Under the pieces are notes generated by a model. That model was not told the origin of the DNA, made no database searches, and saw nothing but the letters and a program-made list of their open reading frames with translations. This document shows positions 37,946-50,634 of a stretch of 64,000 nt of DNA, piece by piece (the stretch's first letter is position 1; each line of letters opens with the position of its first letter). The DNA lies in NCBI RefSeq assembly GCF_001194135.2, contig NC_068987.1, forward strand, positions 103,879,410 to 103,943,409, written 5' to 3'. A program made the translations under genes and the position numbers. This stretch comes from Octopus bimaculoides (taxonomy: Eukaryota).

Positions 37946-40239
37946 AACCTTTCTAACCACAGCCTTCTATTCAAGCATAATATCTAGAACTTTTTCTTTT
38001 TGTGAAATTTGATAAAAATTGGGCTGCTATTTCTAGCAGATATAAACAACAATTAGATGCTGCTTCATTGATAAGTCGTTTTGGTGGTTAATAATAAATA
38101 TTTAAATAGGGAAATTATTATTATTTCTAAATCTCCCTGTTCAAAAATATAAGAACACAGATTGTGTGTCATATAGCCAGTTGGAGACAATGTTTTCTAG
38201 GGCTAAATAACAGTAACATTCGTCCCAACTAAGACTGCCACATCTTTACAGTAAATATTTATATACACACATTAGTATGCAAGTGTGTTGATACTGCTGT
38301 ACACTGGTGCAGTCACACGTTCACATATGTATTTGTACATGCCTAGAACTATGAACACCTAGAATACCTTCCAGCAAACATTGACGCACACTTAGGGGCA
38401 TAGACAAACACAGATTAATATACAAGTTAACCACCTATCTGTAGTGCTAGTTTTTCTTTGATTCCTGATAATAATAGTTATATATTTATAAGCAAAATAA
38501 GCAGTTTAGAATGGCATTCTGTATATCCTACATCTTGTATAGACATATAGTTGTAAAAAGCAGAGGTGTATCAGTAGCAGACTGAAAGTGTGCAGCCAAG
38601 TTTTGCGTCATCAGTTGTAAATATCCATATCACCACATCCTTCGAAAATTTTGCATCTTCTGATATAGAAAGACAATCATTAACTAGTCACTGGTGTTGC
38701 AAGCAGCCTTAGGCTGGGCAGAAGTTCATTATTAGCAACAGAAGTAGTGTTGGTTCAGAATAACAAGCTATTTACAATACCAATAAATTTTCTACTATAA
38801 CAGTAGAAGCGGTGTTTGTCTAAATATACAACGATGGTGGATATTTGCTAATGATGATGCACAGAGATGCGGAAAACCTAGATTTAACAAATCCACACTG
38901 CCATTGGACACTTTACATCTGTTACTGATCTACTTGCATGCTTTTTTTAGCATTGTATGTTTATTCATGATGAATACTGCATTGCTGTGGCTTTTTTAAA
39001 GTATATCCACATTTGAAGTAAGAGGTAGGATGCTACATATACAGGCTGACCCAAAAGTCATGCACCAAGATTAAAACAGTATTGCATATTTCAAAAGTAA
39101 CACAATATAAATGTTCTGGTTGAGAGTTCATTCACGTTCTGTCTGTAGACAGATATGAGGGAGGGAGAGCTTTGAGTGGATTTAGTCAATATGGATGAAC
39201 TCTTGTTCTTTATGCTTTGTACCTTCAGACGTGACATTTCCTACTGGTTGTAAGCAAACAGTGTTGGAAAAAAGAGATTGTTGGTTTGCAAGCTTCATAT
39301 CCCACTTTTGTGTGTGTGTGTGTAATTGAAGAACTAAGTGGAAATATTACCATATTGGAAACAAGTGTTGGCAACAGGAACAGCAGTCAGAGATAGCTTG
39401 TCCGATTCATACAAGCAAATGGACGTTAAAATGTTGAGAAGGTACTTGTTACATGTTAGGTTGTTTATTTTTAATCCCATAATAATGGATTTGTTAGTTG
39501 ATGTTGCCCTGCAAATTAAAGGAAAAAGCAGAATATGTGGAACTCTGTATTATTGTCTTTTGTACAGGCGTCCATATTGGAATCTGTTAACTTGCAGGAG
39601 TATGAGGGACTAAAACTCTTAAAGCATTACTCTTGTGTAGTTGCAGCCCAGTAACTATCACTATTAAGAGAGTATCATGCACTGGTTTTTAATTTAAGGT
39701 GTGCTGTATCAATATGAGTGAACAACGTAATTACCAAGTAAACTCAAGACAAGAACTATTTGTTTTCCAAATATATTTGGCCTTAATGGAATGTTTGGAA
39801 TAATTGTTTACAAAGCCTATATAGCCATTTGTAAAGTGTTGTACTTCTTTTGTCATATTGGCAGTTTGAAGTGTGCAGAGTTACCTACCTTGCTCTGGGT
39901 TTGCAGAACGTGAGCGTATTTTTGTGTTGGCCTGCCAAACTAGTTGTCTCTAGCTTACATATTGACATTTCATTCTACCAGATGGCTGTTTCATAACTGT
40001 TCAGTAACCAGTCTGAGAACTACAAAAAAAAATAGTTATCCAAGCTCTAAATACAGCAGGTACATTCTTGCTTCTTGATACCAAGACCAACAGGAACTTT
40101 CTATATACATTTCACTAAATAGGACAGTCTTAAAAGCTGGATACACATACACCTGGTCAGTTAACACTTGTGACAAATCAAAAGATCTGTGATTCACAAA
40201 TTCATATAGACTAGATGGGGGTGAAGCACGACCTTCGAA

Positions 40240-40765
40240 CATTAGGTCTCACTGATGCAATGACTAGTGACCGAGACTTTTGGAAATATGCAGTGCATGA
40301 GAAGACCCAGCAAGCCAAGTGAGACCAGAACCCGTGGCCTATGCCAGGGGTGTAACAAGCCCACTTATGCGTACCTTTCCTTCATTGGACACTAAACTGT
40401 GCTTGCGAAGACCTGTTGAGGCAAATGAAATCAAATTCGATGACTGGCACCTGTGCCAGTGGAGTGGTAAGAGCACCATCCAAGCGTGAACGTTGCCAGA
40501 GCAGCTGACTGGCTTCTGTGCTGGTGGCACGTGGAAAAACACCATTTGAGCGTTGCCGTTGCCAGTACTGCCTGACTGGCCCTCGTGTCAGTGGCACGTA
40601 AAAGCACCAACTACACTCTTGGAGTGGTTGCATTAGGATGGGCATCCAGCCTGTAGAAACTCTGCCAGATCAGATTGGAGCCTGGTGCAGCCATCTGGTT
40701 CACCAGTCCTCGGTCAAATCGTTTAACCCATACTAGCATGGAGAGCGGACGTTAAACGATGATGA
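40240..40765 (+). mobile_element. RTE LINE 3' end
   Basis: ORF end (ATGACTAGTGACCGAGAC...GAGAAGACC) through tail GCGGACGTTAAACGATGATGAT. Confidence 0.82.
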
Positions 40766-42059
40766 TAGATGTTGTTTAATCTGTATCACATGTTGGTATG
40801 AAAATCAGTGCAACCAAGATGGAGTAGGCATTTTTTTTTTTCTCTAAAAGGGCTGCATCATACTCAAAGCAGAAGCTGATCAATTCATATATCGTCATAT
40901 GTGGTACATCTTCAAAATCAGCTTTTGTTTAAGTTGAAGATTCATAAAGCTACAAAACATTTGCATCTTTTTTGCCAAATCTTTCTTACCTGAATTTTGG
41001 ATTTTGTTATGCTTTGAAGTCAATCATTACCAGATTGATTTCCTTCAATAATTCCAGCTCAAAAGATGTCTCTTGATTTGATCATGCATTCTACTGTCCA
41101 CAGAACAAACACATCCCAAGCTGACATACAGCTAAAGACAGCTGGATCTTGGATTCGTATCTGGTTCTTTCATATGTCCTCTGTTGTAGTCATTAATTAA
41201 TAATCTGTGTTGGATGTCTGATCACCAAAAGCTAGACTTTGTGAATCTGTGAATTTAGTGGTTGGAGCCAGGTGGATACCACCACATGTACAAAAGTACC
41301 TGTTCCCTAAATCTTACAATAACAACTGAAATATCTGGCATTGTCTGTGATGCCTACAGTGGAATCTTTGATAGCTAGAAATAGGTAAAGTTAATGAAAA
41401 TCATCAACACTTTATATATCTGTTTCTATGCATGGGTTGAACAGGTGTTCTGCAGGAAGTCTCTTGTCATCATCTTTTCTCACATCTTCCTCAGATCCCA
41501 CTAATTTCACACTCCACTTGTCATACTCCATACTTGTTCCATCTTTGCACAATGACTTTACACAGCCAGTGCAGTGTTGCCTCGTTTCTTTCCAACCATC
41601 TTACACAAATCTGGCCATCACTTCATTCAGAGACAATCCCTTTGCTGACATCAAAAAACGACTCACTTGAATTTTTTCCCCATGTTTTTTTATTCTGACT
41701 CCTTACTATGTTTTCAGAACATCCACTGCTAGCACAATTCATTTACTTTGCATAATCTTGGGTCCTCAAGTTTTTCCTTGTAGTTGTAAATACACTGTTA
41801 TATAGAAGGGTAGTCTAAAAATCACAACATTGGTCATTTTCAGAAGTTTGAATTCTCCCAGTAAGAGAGGGAATTGACCCCAGTACACAGGTACTTTATT
41901 TATCTGCCCCAAAAGGATTCAGAGTAAGCTATCGAACACTAATGACTCTGCTAATTGGCTGCCTATAATTCATATTTATTTATAGTTTTCATTTGATTTG
42001 ATTGTCTTAGACCATAGAGTAATCAGTAATCACCTTGTCATATAGACGATCTCAGAATG

Positions 42060-42375
42060 CTGAACCGTTCAGACAAGATACCTGACACATTGCTATACTC
42101 AAGAAGACCCATCCTCCACAGCAGAAGTGTTAAAGCCACATTCTCCGGTGAAGAGGTGTGGCCTGCAAGATCCCTGTATCGGTAGTACGTTGAAAGCACT
42201 CATGTCTGTAGCATGTTAGAAGCACCCAGCACACACTGTAAAGTGGTTGATGTTACGAAGAGCATCCAGCTGGAGAAATCAAGCCAAATCAGACTGGAAC
42301 CTGGTACAGCTCTCTGGCTTGCCAGCTGTGGTCAAACCATTCCAGCATAGAAAATTGACATTAAAGGATGATGAT
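42060..42375 (+). mobile_element. RTE LINE 3' end, same subfamily as 4640-5085
   Basis: ATACTCAAGAAGACC...CCACAG...GTGTTAA shared with 4820-4860; same tail. Confidence 0.75.
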
Positions 42376-43449
42376 TTAGCATTTCTCGATTCCTTCTACT
42401 CTGACAATGTATATCTTTGATGTCTTTCTCATACATTGAAAGTGTATTTGTGTGTGTCACCCAGCAGCAGAAGATAACACTCAAAAGAAGTAACAATGCA
42501 TCTGACACTACCTTTTGGTTTTCTTAATTGAGTATTATGAGTGCAAGCATTCAATTCATTTGAGTGCAATACTGTCTACCTTGATAACTAGTGACATATA
42601 CATTATGTGAAACAAAAAAATACATGAGACTTTTCTGATTATATGAATGGTTCTCCTGACAACTAAAAAATATTCCATCTAAAATGCCTTGTGTACTTAA
42701 TGCTATATACAGCCTTGCTGTAAAACAGGTTCTGCTCTATATTAATGATTGCTTATTACCAGTAACACTGCCCTAAATATATGCCATGTATATACACACA
42801 CGCACATGTACACAATTGTTCAAATGTGTTAATGTCTTGTGCTTTCAAAGAGAATGTGTCTCATATTTTACATATATTTAATGTAGCTTTACTTCAACAG
42901 GCATACCTATTTGCCATTCCAGTCATGACTCTCCTTTCTGTTTCTTTTAGAGACAGTAGGGCATGATTTGTAGTTGATGTATTTGATATTTCTTATAGAT
43001 CATATGGCCATTTAGAGACTTTCTTGTTGAATTATGTTAATCTCAGTTAACTTAGCCATTCATTTTCTCTGTTATTCAGTATACTACCAGCAGTGTCCTA
43101 GCCTTTGGGCTAAAACATAAAACAATATTCTTGGACTAAATTTTCCTTTGTAGGGGTTTTTGTGATTTCTTTATGACATTTGGGTGCAATGTCAGAGAAG
43201 TTTCTAGTTATTTCTAGCAGATCAGAAATGTTCTTATGTTGACTTACATGGGAGAAGTTTTATAACCAGTACTGTACAGTGAGGGTGAAGCATACAACAT
43301 ACCTGGAGGATAATGTTTATTTGACTAAATTTAATAGTATTGGATCTTTCTAAATATCATAATTGTTTGTTTGGCCATGCAGTATTTTACACATAAAAGA
43401 ACCAGTGATGAACTGCTTTGCTTTAGCTGCTATCTCTAACAAATTACTT

Positions 43450-44380
43450 ACCGTCTTTGTGAGGTTCAATTTCTTCAGATTGGTCTTCCCATATCTTCCA
43501 AAGTTACTCCTTTTCACAAGTACCAGCCAATTCAACTGCTCAGCACTTTGTACAACTAACATCCTCCATATATATCACCTACCCATGACAGTGTAATTGT
43601 CTCCTTTGCACACAAACCTTCTTCATTCAGCAGAGCATTTCACTACATTTCTTTCTGGCTTCTGTAAACTTGTATTCAAGGTTCATGCCTTGCTAACATG
43701 CAGCATTGCATTTCGTACATAAATAAACTTCACTGAAATTTATTTAGGAAAAATCCCTTTGTTTACCAACAAAGATATTGGTTCCCTAGATTTTTTCCAT
43801 CTTGTACACTCAGTTAATTAGGCTACTTAGATAACAAAAGCTGACACCTTGTGGGCCTACTGAGCATTTGTAGAGATTTATTTCATGTAGGTTTTAATTC
43901 CTTGTCAGACATCTCTCAGTCTTCAACTATGAAAATGTAATAAGCATGTGGGAGTTCCTACAAACAGCTTATCCTAGAGGGTGATAATAACAGGAGCTGA
44001 GAAATGAGCTTGATGATCTACCACTTGCATGTAAACTATCAATGCACATATTTTTCTCATTGTTTGCTGCACCTCTGTACAAGAATTGTATGGCCCTCGC
44101 AAGCTTTTGACATCTAGTTACCTTAGTCCCTGCCAAATTACATCAAAGTCAAGAAATACTAGATATAGAGGCTTACTCTTTGTGTAGCATTTCTGCTGCA
44201 AATGGTCTCACTAAGAATCTCTTCCTAACAGTGAAACTGCATCTCTTCTAGGCAAATTCTGTTCTCATAATCAATTGTGCTGTCATCTCCATGAATTTGA
44301 TGGTCTTCTCCAGGACATTCTCTGTCCTTGTAGTTTGCAATGATATTGCTATGCCTGTCATAGCGGTACCTTTCTTTACT
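43450..44380 (-). mobile_element. Highly decayed RTE LINE ORF fragments
   Basis: Patchy similarity to 51600-52000 and to 4680-4800. Confidence 0.45.
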
Positions 44381-45982
44381 ACTTGTTTTAGAGACCAGTA
44401 CACGACCTACAAGAATGTATTCCTTTGGATGTTTAGCTCTGAGTCAGCCCTGATCAAACAGACTTAAAGTCTGATTAAAAGCATTCATCTACGACTATCC
44501 TGTCTCTGTACATCAGAAACTTAGTTCAATACACTTTTATTTGCTTGAGCTTTGTAAAATGTAATTTGAAGGAGTTTTGGCTACTATCTGAATGAGTTAA
44601 GCAGCTACATAAAGGCTGTTGTAACAATTAACTACAAATTTCTCCGCACACTTTGAAATTATAGACTTTAGGTAGTGTTAAAATAACCTACTGATGCCAG
44701 CTGTTTCTGGCCAAGGACTAACCTCTGCATTCTCAATACAGTGGAGAAAAACTGAAATATAGTATTTTTAAAAATAGCTAAATGGGATTGTAGAGTTGTA
44801 ATTAGTTGGAAATTAAATTGTCGATGAACTCATTTGCTCTCACACTCTGCACATGGATTGTATGACCCAACCACTCTACAGAGTGCACTGGGTGCCTTTT
44901 ACACGTCACTGGCACTGGTCACAACTGTTATTTCACTTAGCTTAACATGTCTTCTCAAGCACAGCAAATCACTGGAGATTTAATTTTTGTTCTTTTAAAT
45001 GTAATCAGCCATATAAAATAGTGGAAGAATAGTTATTTACATTGGTCAAGTGACTAATCTTGATAAACAAAATATTTCTTTGTAAAATGCTAACTATACA
45101 AATCTAAAGATAGTGCTGTTCCACATAAACAAGCATAATTGTCACTCACAAGGGAGAATGACTTGGTAAATGTACTATGCTTTTACTAATTGTTTCAGCT
45201 GCCTATGTAAGCACAGGTATAAGACACTCCATTGGTTCTCCTACTGACTCAGAACATAAACAGTACAAGTAAACAGGGTAGAGCACTGTACTATCATTAG
45301 CCTGACACTCAGTGTTAACCAAAAAGACTGGAACATAAAGTGGCTTGCTTAAGGACACAATGCATCATCTGATCCAAGAACCAAACCCATAGCTGTATGA
45401 TTGTGAGCCCAACAGTCTAAGCCAATGATAAATCTTCTACGTGGTTGCTCAGTTTGCTAGATGCAGCAGCTAAATATATACACTAATCCTCCAAAGAGGA
45501 AGGTTAAGGAATGATATAGGTTTAATATACCAATATGGGGATAGTTCACAGCTGCATCACCTATAATCAAAGATCTGCTCATTTCAGTACTAACCTTTGG
45601 CTTATACAACATTAAATACCCACACCTATATAAACAAGTTCATTTGTAAAGATTTAATTAGTCACCGCCATGTCAAAGGTCAACTCTCAGAATTGACGAA
45701 GGAATAAGAAAAAAAAGTATTTCACAAGAATTCCACTAAACCCATTCTATTTAATAATTACTTGTATAGATTAATAGTTCATATTTTATCTCTGTTGTTG
45801 GTACTTAACCCCAGGTCAATCTTGTCCTTTAGTCAAACAAAATGTATCTTGGAATACATTACCCAATATTTACCCTCCTTTATTAAGACGTTGAGGCATA
45901 ATGATGTAGCTATTTCTCGTAGGTCATAAAAATTACATTGGTCCCTCCATTAGTTCATCCCTCAGATGGGCCTGATTCTGCT

Positions 45983-46744
45983 TAATACTTTAGCATTTAA
46001 ACCAGTCATATCAAACCTGAATATTCTGTTTTATATCAAAACTGCCAAATCTGACCTCACACCTACCCTACAATGTCATTGTAAAAATAAACAATCACAT
46101 CAACAAAATCTTGAAGCTACAAGATAATACACGATTAACCTTTAGTATTTAAATGGGCCATATCTGGCCAAAATATTCTACCTGTTTAATGTTCGAACTG
46201 GCTAGATCTGGTTTCTCCCACTTACCCTACAGAGTCATTTTAAAAAGTTAACAGTTGCCTCATTAAAATCTCATACCTATAAGATAATATGTAATTAATC
46301 CAAATTGTTGGCACTCCGTCGCTTACGACGTCGAGGGTTCCAGTTGATCCGATCAGCGAAACAGCCTGCTCGTGAAATTAACGTGCAAGTGGCTGAGCAC
46401 TCCACAGACACGTGTACCCTTAACGTAGTTCTCGGGGATATTCAGCGTGACACAGTGTGACAAGGCTGACCCTTTGAATTACAGGCACAACAGAAACAGG
46501 AAGTAAGAGTGAGAGAAAGTTGTGATGAAAGAGTACAGCAGGGTTCGCCACCATCCCCTGCTGGAGCCTCGTGGAGCTTTTAGGTGTTTTCGCTCAATAA
46601 ACACTCACAACGCCCGGCCTGGGAATCGAAACCACGAGTCCGCTGCCCTAACCACTGGGCCATTGCGCCTCCACAATTAATCCAAAACAATGTGAATAAA
46701 TAAGCATTACTTTTGACAGATTAATCTGAATGCTAGAGGGTTAA
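45983..46744. mobile_element. Two adjacent/nested piggyBac-like MITE copies, the second interrupted by a SINE
   Basis: MITE starts at ~45983 and ~46136; right end CTGAATGCTAGAGGG|TTAA at ~46744. Further fragments of this family at ~3971-4100, ~21535-21710, ~27320-27495 and ~50213-50310. Confidence 0.7.
46305..46674 (-). mobile_element. Young tRNA-derived SINE with perfect 12-bp TSD
   Basis: TSD AATTAATCCAAA at 46293-46304 and 46675-46686. Minus-strand head GGAGGCGCAATGGCCCAGTGGTTAGG (A box) and GGTTTCGATTCC (B box); CpG-rich; ends GTGCCAACAA. Confidence 0.88.
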
Positions 46745-47014
46745 TGCATATATAATCGTCAATGGTTGGGGCCAGCTAACTGTGAGTAGGTGCCAGTAAC
46801 ATCCAGCACCTGAGGGGAAACTGGCAAGAGCTTGCATTGGGAACAATAATTATAAAATAAACAGGGAGAATTTGTTGAGTATTAATAATCTCCCCTTTGA
46901 TTTCATTGTGGCTAATCGCAGGGAGCACTGTAAATCTGCTGGATGTTCTAGTTCTTCACTGGGTCAGAAGACGAGAATGAAGCAAAACAATATATCTTTT
47001 ATCTTTTTTACCTT

Positions 47015-47620
47015 TTACGTTTCGGTCAGTAGACTGCAGCCATGCTGGAGCACCACCTAGAAGAATTTTTAATCAAATGAGTTCATTCCAGTACTTAAAT
47101 TTTTTTTTTTTTTTTGTAAGCTTGGTACTTATTTTATCAGTCTGTTTTGCCAAACTGCTAGAGCATGGGGACAAAAACACACCAACACTAGTTGTCAAGT
47201 GGTGGTGGGGGACAGAGGTACAAAGACACACAGATATTCTTTTACTTGTTTCCATCACTTTGGCTGGAGCACCACTTTAAAGGGTTTTTACTTAAAGCAA
47301 TCGATCCCAGGACTTATTCTTTGTAAGCCTAGTATTTATTCTACCAGTCACTTTTACCAAACCCGTAAGTTACGGGGATGTAAACACATCAACATCGGTT
47401 GTCAAGCGATGGTGGGGGGGGGGGAGACAAACAGACACACATGTGAATATATACATATATGACGGGATTCTGTCAGCTTCCAGCTACCAAATCCACTCTC
47501 AAAGCTTTGGTCGGCCTGAGGCTATAGTAGAAGACATTTGCCCAAGATGCCACAGTGGGACTGAACCCAGAACCATGTGATTGGGAAGCAAGCTTCTCAC
47601 CACACACCTACACCTATGCC
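47015..47620 (-). mobile_element. Same SINE family, with duplicated 3' portions
   Basis: Three 3'-segment copies (47015, 47150, 47245) followed by the tRNA-like head at 47460-47620. Confidence 0.75.
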
Positions 47621-48399
47621 TAATATATGTAGAGTGTTCAGTAAGTAGCCACGATCACCAAACAGGGTTGCTGAGCTAAGTCACCTACACTGTCAGCTCA
47701 GCCCTCAACACCAGCAGCTTCATCGAGAAGCAAAAGTGATAAGCATTGTTAGCGAACCTCAACATGGTAATTCAAACTACTAGAAATAGCAGCCAAATTT
47801 CCTTGAAATTATTCCCTACTATATTAAAAAGAAAAAAAAAAATACGTAAAGACACAGGAGATGATGTAGTCCTAGATACTCCCAAAAATTTAGGATGGTC
47901 ATGGTTGGAATGGTTTATCATACGACCTCTCAGGATTAACCTGGGTTCAAACTCCAATGCTGCAGAGTATTGTTTCATTGTCTCAAACTTCATAGAGTAC
48001 ATTGTATGCAGAGTGTGATGACGTAGTTCAGTTACCATAGCAACCAGTAGCTGCACTCTATCATCACTAATGTGATTTTGCCTTCCATTTTATAAATAAT
48101 ATATTCAGCAGGATTGAAAATTCTTGTTACTACCACTGTTACAGCTATTGTTGATGTTTAGTCCTGATCCAGCAGACTTATCTTGCAAAATATTCCAACT
48201 ATAACAAACTCATTTTATTTTCAGACCAAGACTACATTTTTTTATTCCAACTATTTTTTTTTTTTCTTTTCTCCCTTAAGAAGATAAATTGCAGTTTGAG
48301 AGAAAAGTAGGAGGGTGCCTAACATCAGTCCTTCATAAGTGAATTAATGCTTTATCATTATTATTATTGTTGTTGTTGTTGTTATTATTAAGGTATAAA

Positions 48400-49350
48400 G
48401 GCAGTGAGCTGGCAGAAACGGTAGCACGCCGGGCGAAATACTTAGCAGTATTTCGTCTGCCGCTACGTTCTGAGTTCAAATTCTGCCGAGGTCGACTTAG
48501 CCTTTCATCCTTTCGGGGTCGATTAAATAAGTACTAGTAACACACTGGGGTCGATGTAATCAACTTAATCTCTTTGTCTGTCCCCTCTATGTTTAGCCCC
48601 CTGTGGGCAATAAAGAAATAAAAAACGTTAGCACACTGGGCAAAATGCTTAGTGGTATTTCGTCTGACTTTACGTTCTGAGTTCAAATTCTGCCAAGGTC
48701 GACTTTTCCTTTCATCCCTTCAGGGTCGATAAGTACCAGTTACATACTGCTCTAACCCTGGCCAATATTTCAGACTTTGTACCTATAGTATAAAGTATTA
48801 TTATTATTAAGGCATAAAGACAGTGAGCTGGCAGAAGCATTAGCACACCGGGCAAAATGCATAGCATTCATCTGTCTTTACATTCTGAGTTCAAACTCCG
48901 CCGAGGCTGGCTTTTCCTTTCGGAGTTGATAAAAATAAGTATCAAATAAACACTAGGGTCAATATAATTGACTAGGCCACTCTCGCAAAAAATTTCAGGC
49001 CTTGTGCTAATAAAATTATTGGCATTCTGTGCAAAATGCTCAGTAATATTTCTTCCACCTTCATCTACTTTGCCTTTCATTCTTTTCGAGTTGCTAAACT
49101 AAAATACCAGTCATGTACTGAGGTTGATGTTATCATCATGCCCACTTTCTTAAGAATTATTACTATTAAGAGGGCAATGAATTGGTAGAAGAATTAGAAA
49201 ATCAAGTATGTTGTTTAATGACAGCACTTGATTTGGGTTCAAATACCAAAGCTTGACTTATACTTTCTCATCCTGTGGAGTTGATACAATCAAGTACCAA
49301 CCAAGTACTTGAGTCAACTGACCCTCTTTCTCAAAATCATTGGCCTTGTC
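48400..49350 (+). mobile_element. Tandem cluster of about 5 copies of the same second SINE family
   Basis: GGCAGTGAGCTGGCAGAA...CTGAGTTCAAATTCTGCCGAGGTCGAC...CCTTTCATCC units separated by (TTA)n. Confidence 0.8.
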
Positions 49351-49685
49351 TAGAAACCACTGCTTTTATTTGAAATCTTAACTTTACATTTCCTCCTTTC
49401 AAGATAGATAAAATACAGTACCAGTAAAGAAAAAGGGTGAATTTAATTAACTCCTCTCCCAAATTTGCAGCCTTATAATATATGCTAAAAACAATGGTTT
49501 CTGATTTAAGCAAAAGGTCAGCATGGAACCTTGATGATGAAATTTTGTAGCTGCAAGATTTTGATGGTGTGATTGTTTTAGAAAGATATTATAGGATAAG
49601 TGTGAGAGGTTGGGTGTGTGGCTAGCTTCAACAAAAAACAGAATATTTGGGCTGGATATAGCCAGTTTACATGCTAATGGATAAT

Positions 49686-50208
49686 CCGTTTTGTCACCAT
49701 ATTTCCCTTGAGATACAGAGCATTGGTTTCAATTGATTTTGAAAATAATGAAGAATTTAATAAACTGACTATCATTATAAAGTTGGTGTTTGTAACAAAA
49801 ACTAACATGAAATTTTGATCAAAGCTTTTAAGATCACTTTAAATTTATATGAAGAAACACAGTTTCAGATAGTTTGGTACCAAAAGGGTTAAAAAACACC
49901 ACGAACCTTACATTTGGTCAAGAATGAAGTTCAGTTAAATCTAAACCAGGTACTGATGCTTTGAAGCAAAGAAACCATGAAGATAGCCTGCTACGTCTAC
50001 TACCATTTGTTAATGAGCTTCAGTCCCTGTTTTTTTATATATAAATTTCCTGTTTTAAAGTGATCTTAAAAGCTTAGACCAAAATTTCAGGTTAATTTTT
50101 GTTACAAACACCAGCCTCATAATGATAGCCAATTTATTAAATTCATTATTTTCAAAATTAATTGAAACCAATGCTGTGTATCTGAAGGGAGATATGGTGA
50201 CAAAACAG
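49686..50208. mobile_element. Inverted pair of TTAA-type MITEs
   Basis: 49686-49888 (ends GGTACCAAAAGGG|TTAA) and a reverse-orientation relative at ~50025-50208; a further fragment at ~12110-12260. Confidence 0.65.
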
Positions 50209-50634
50209 TTAACCTTTTAGCATTTAAACTGGCCATATCAGGCCCAAATATTCTACCTGTCTTATGCACAAATTAACCACATCCAGCCTCTCACACAAAA
50301 TTTATCATCAAGTGATAAATTTACCTTCTGATCCCAGTACACTGCGACCCAGGCTACAAAGCGGGTCAAACAAGATCAAATTTCAGTACAACAGCAAAGA
50401 AGTGAACAAGTTCCATAATAATCACACTGCCAATAGATTTGATCAAGATAAATCATTTGACATCAGATTGTTTTTAAATGAGATTTCAATGGCAAATGAA
50501 ACCTACAGGAGTGTTTTTCATTACATGTAGAACACCAGTTGCTTAACATCAACTCTGGTTAAATGACAATCCAGCTGGTCAAACAAACAGGAAGAAGTAG
50601 ATTTCATTGAGTGTGCATGTGCATATATGTATTT

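Noticed and set aside
38849-38930. C/D box snoRNA (ATGATGA ... CTGA)
   Set aside because: No terminal stem, no clear C'/D' boxes or recognisable rRNA guide, and not intronic to eIF3b.
40990-41280. Selenoprotein-like frame with repeated in-frame TGA
   Set aside because: The frame also contains TAA, there is no SECIS-like element or homology, and TGA is common in AT-rich DNA.
43452-43562. Minus-strand coding exon with perfect GTAAGT donor
   Set aside because: Sequence resembles the RTE LINE ORF end; no matching partner exons.
46620-46674. tRNA gene
   Set aside because: A/B boxes are present but it is the head of a TSD-flanked SINE and does not give a complete cloverleaf.
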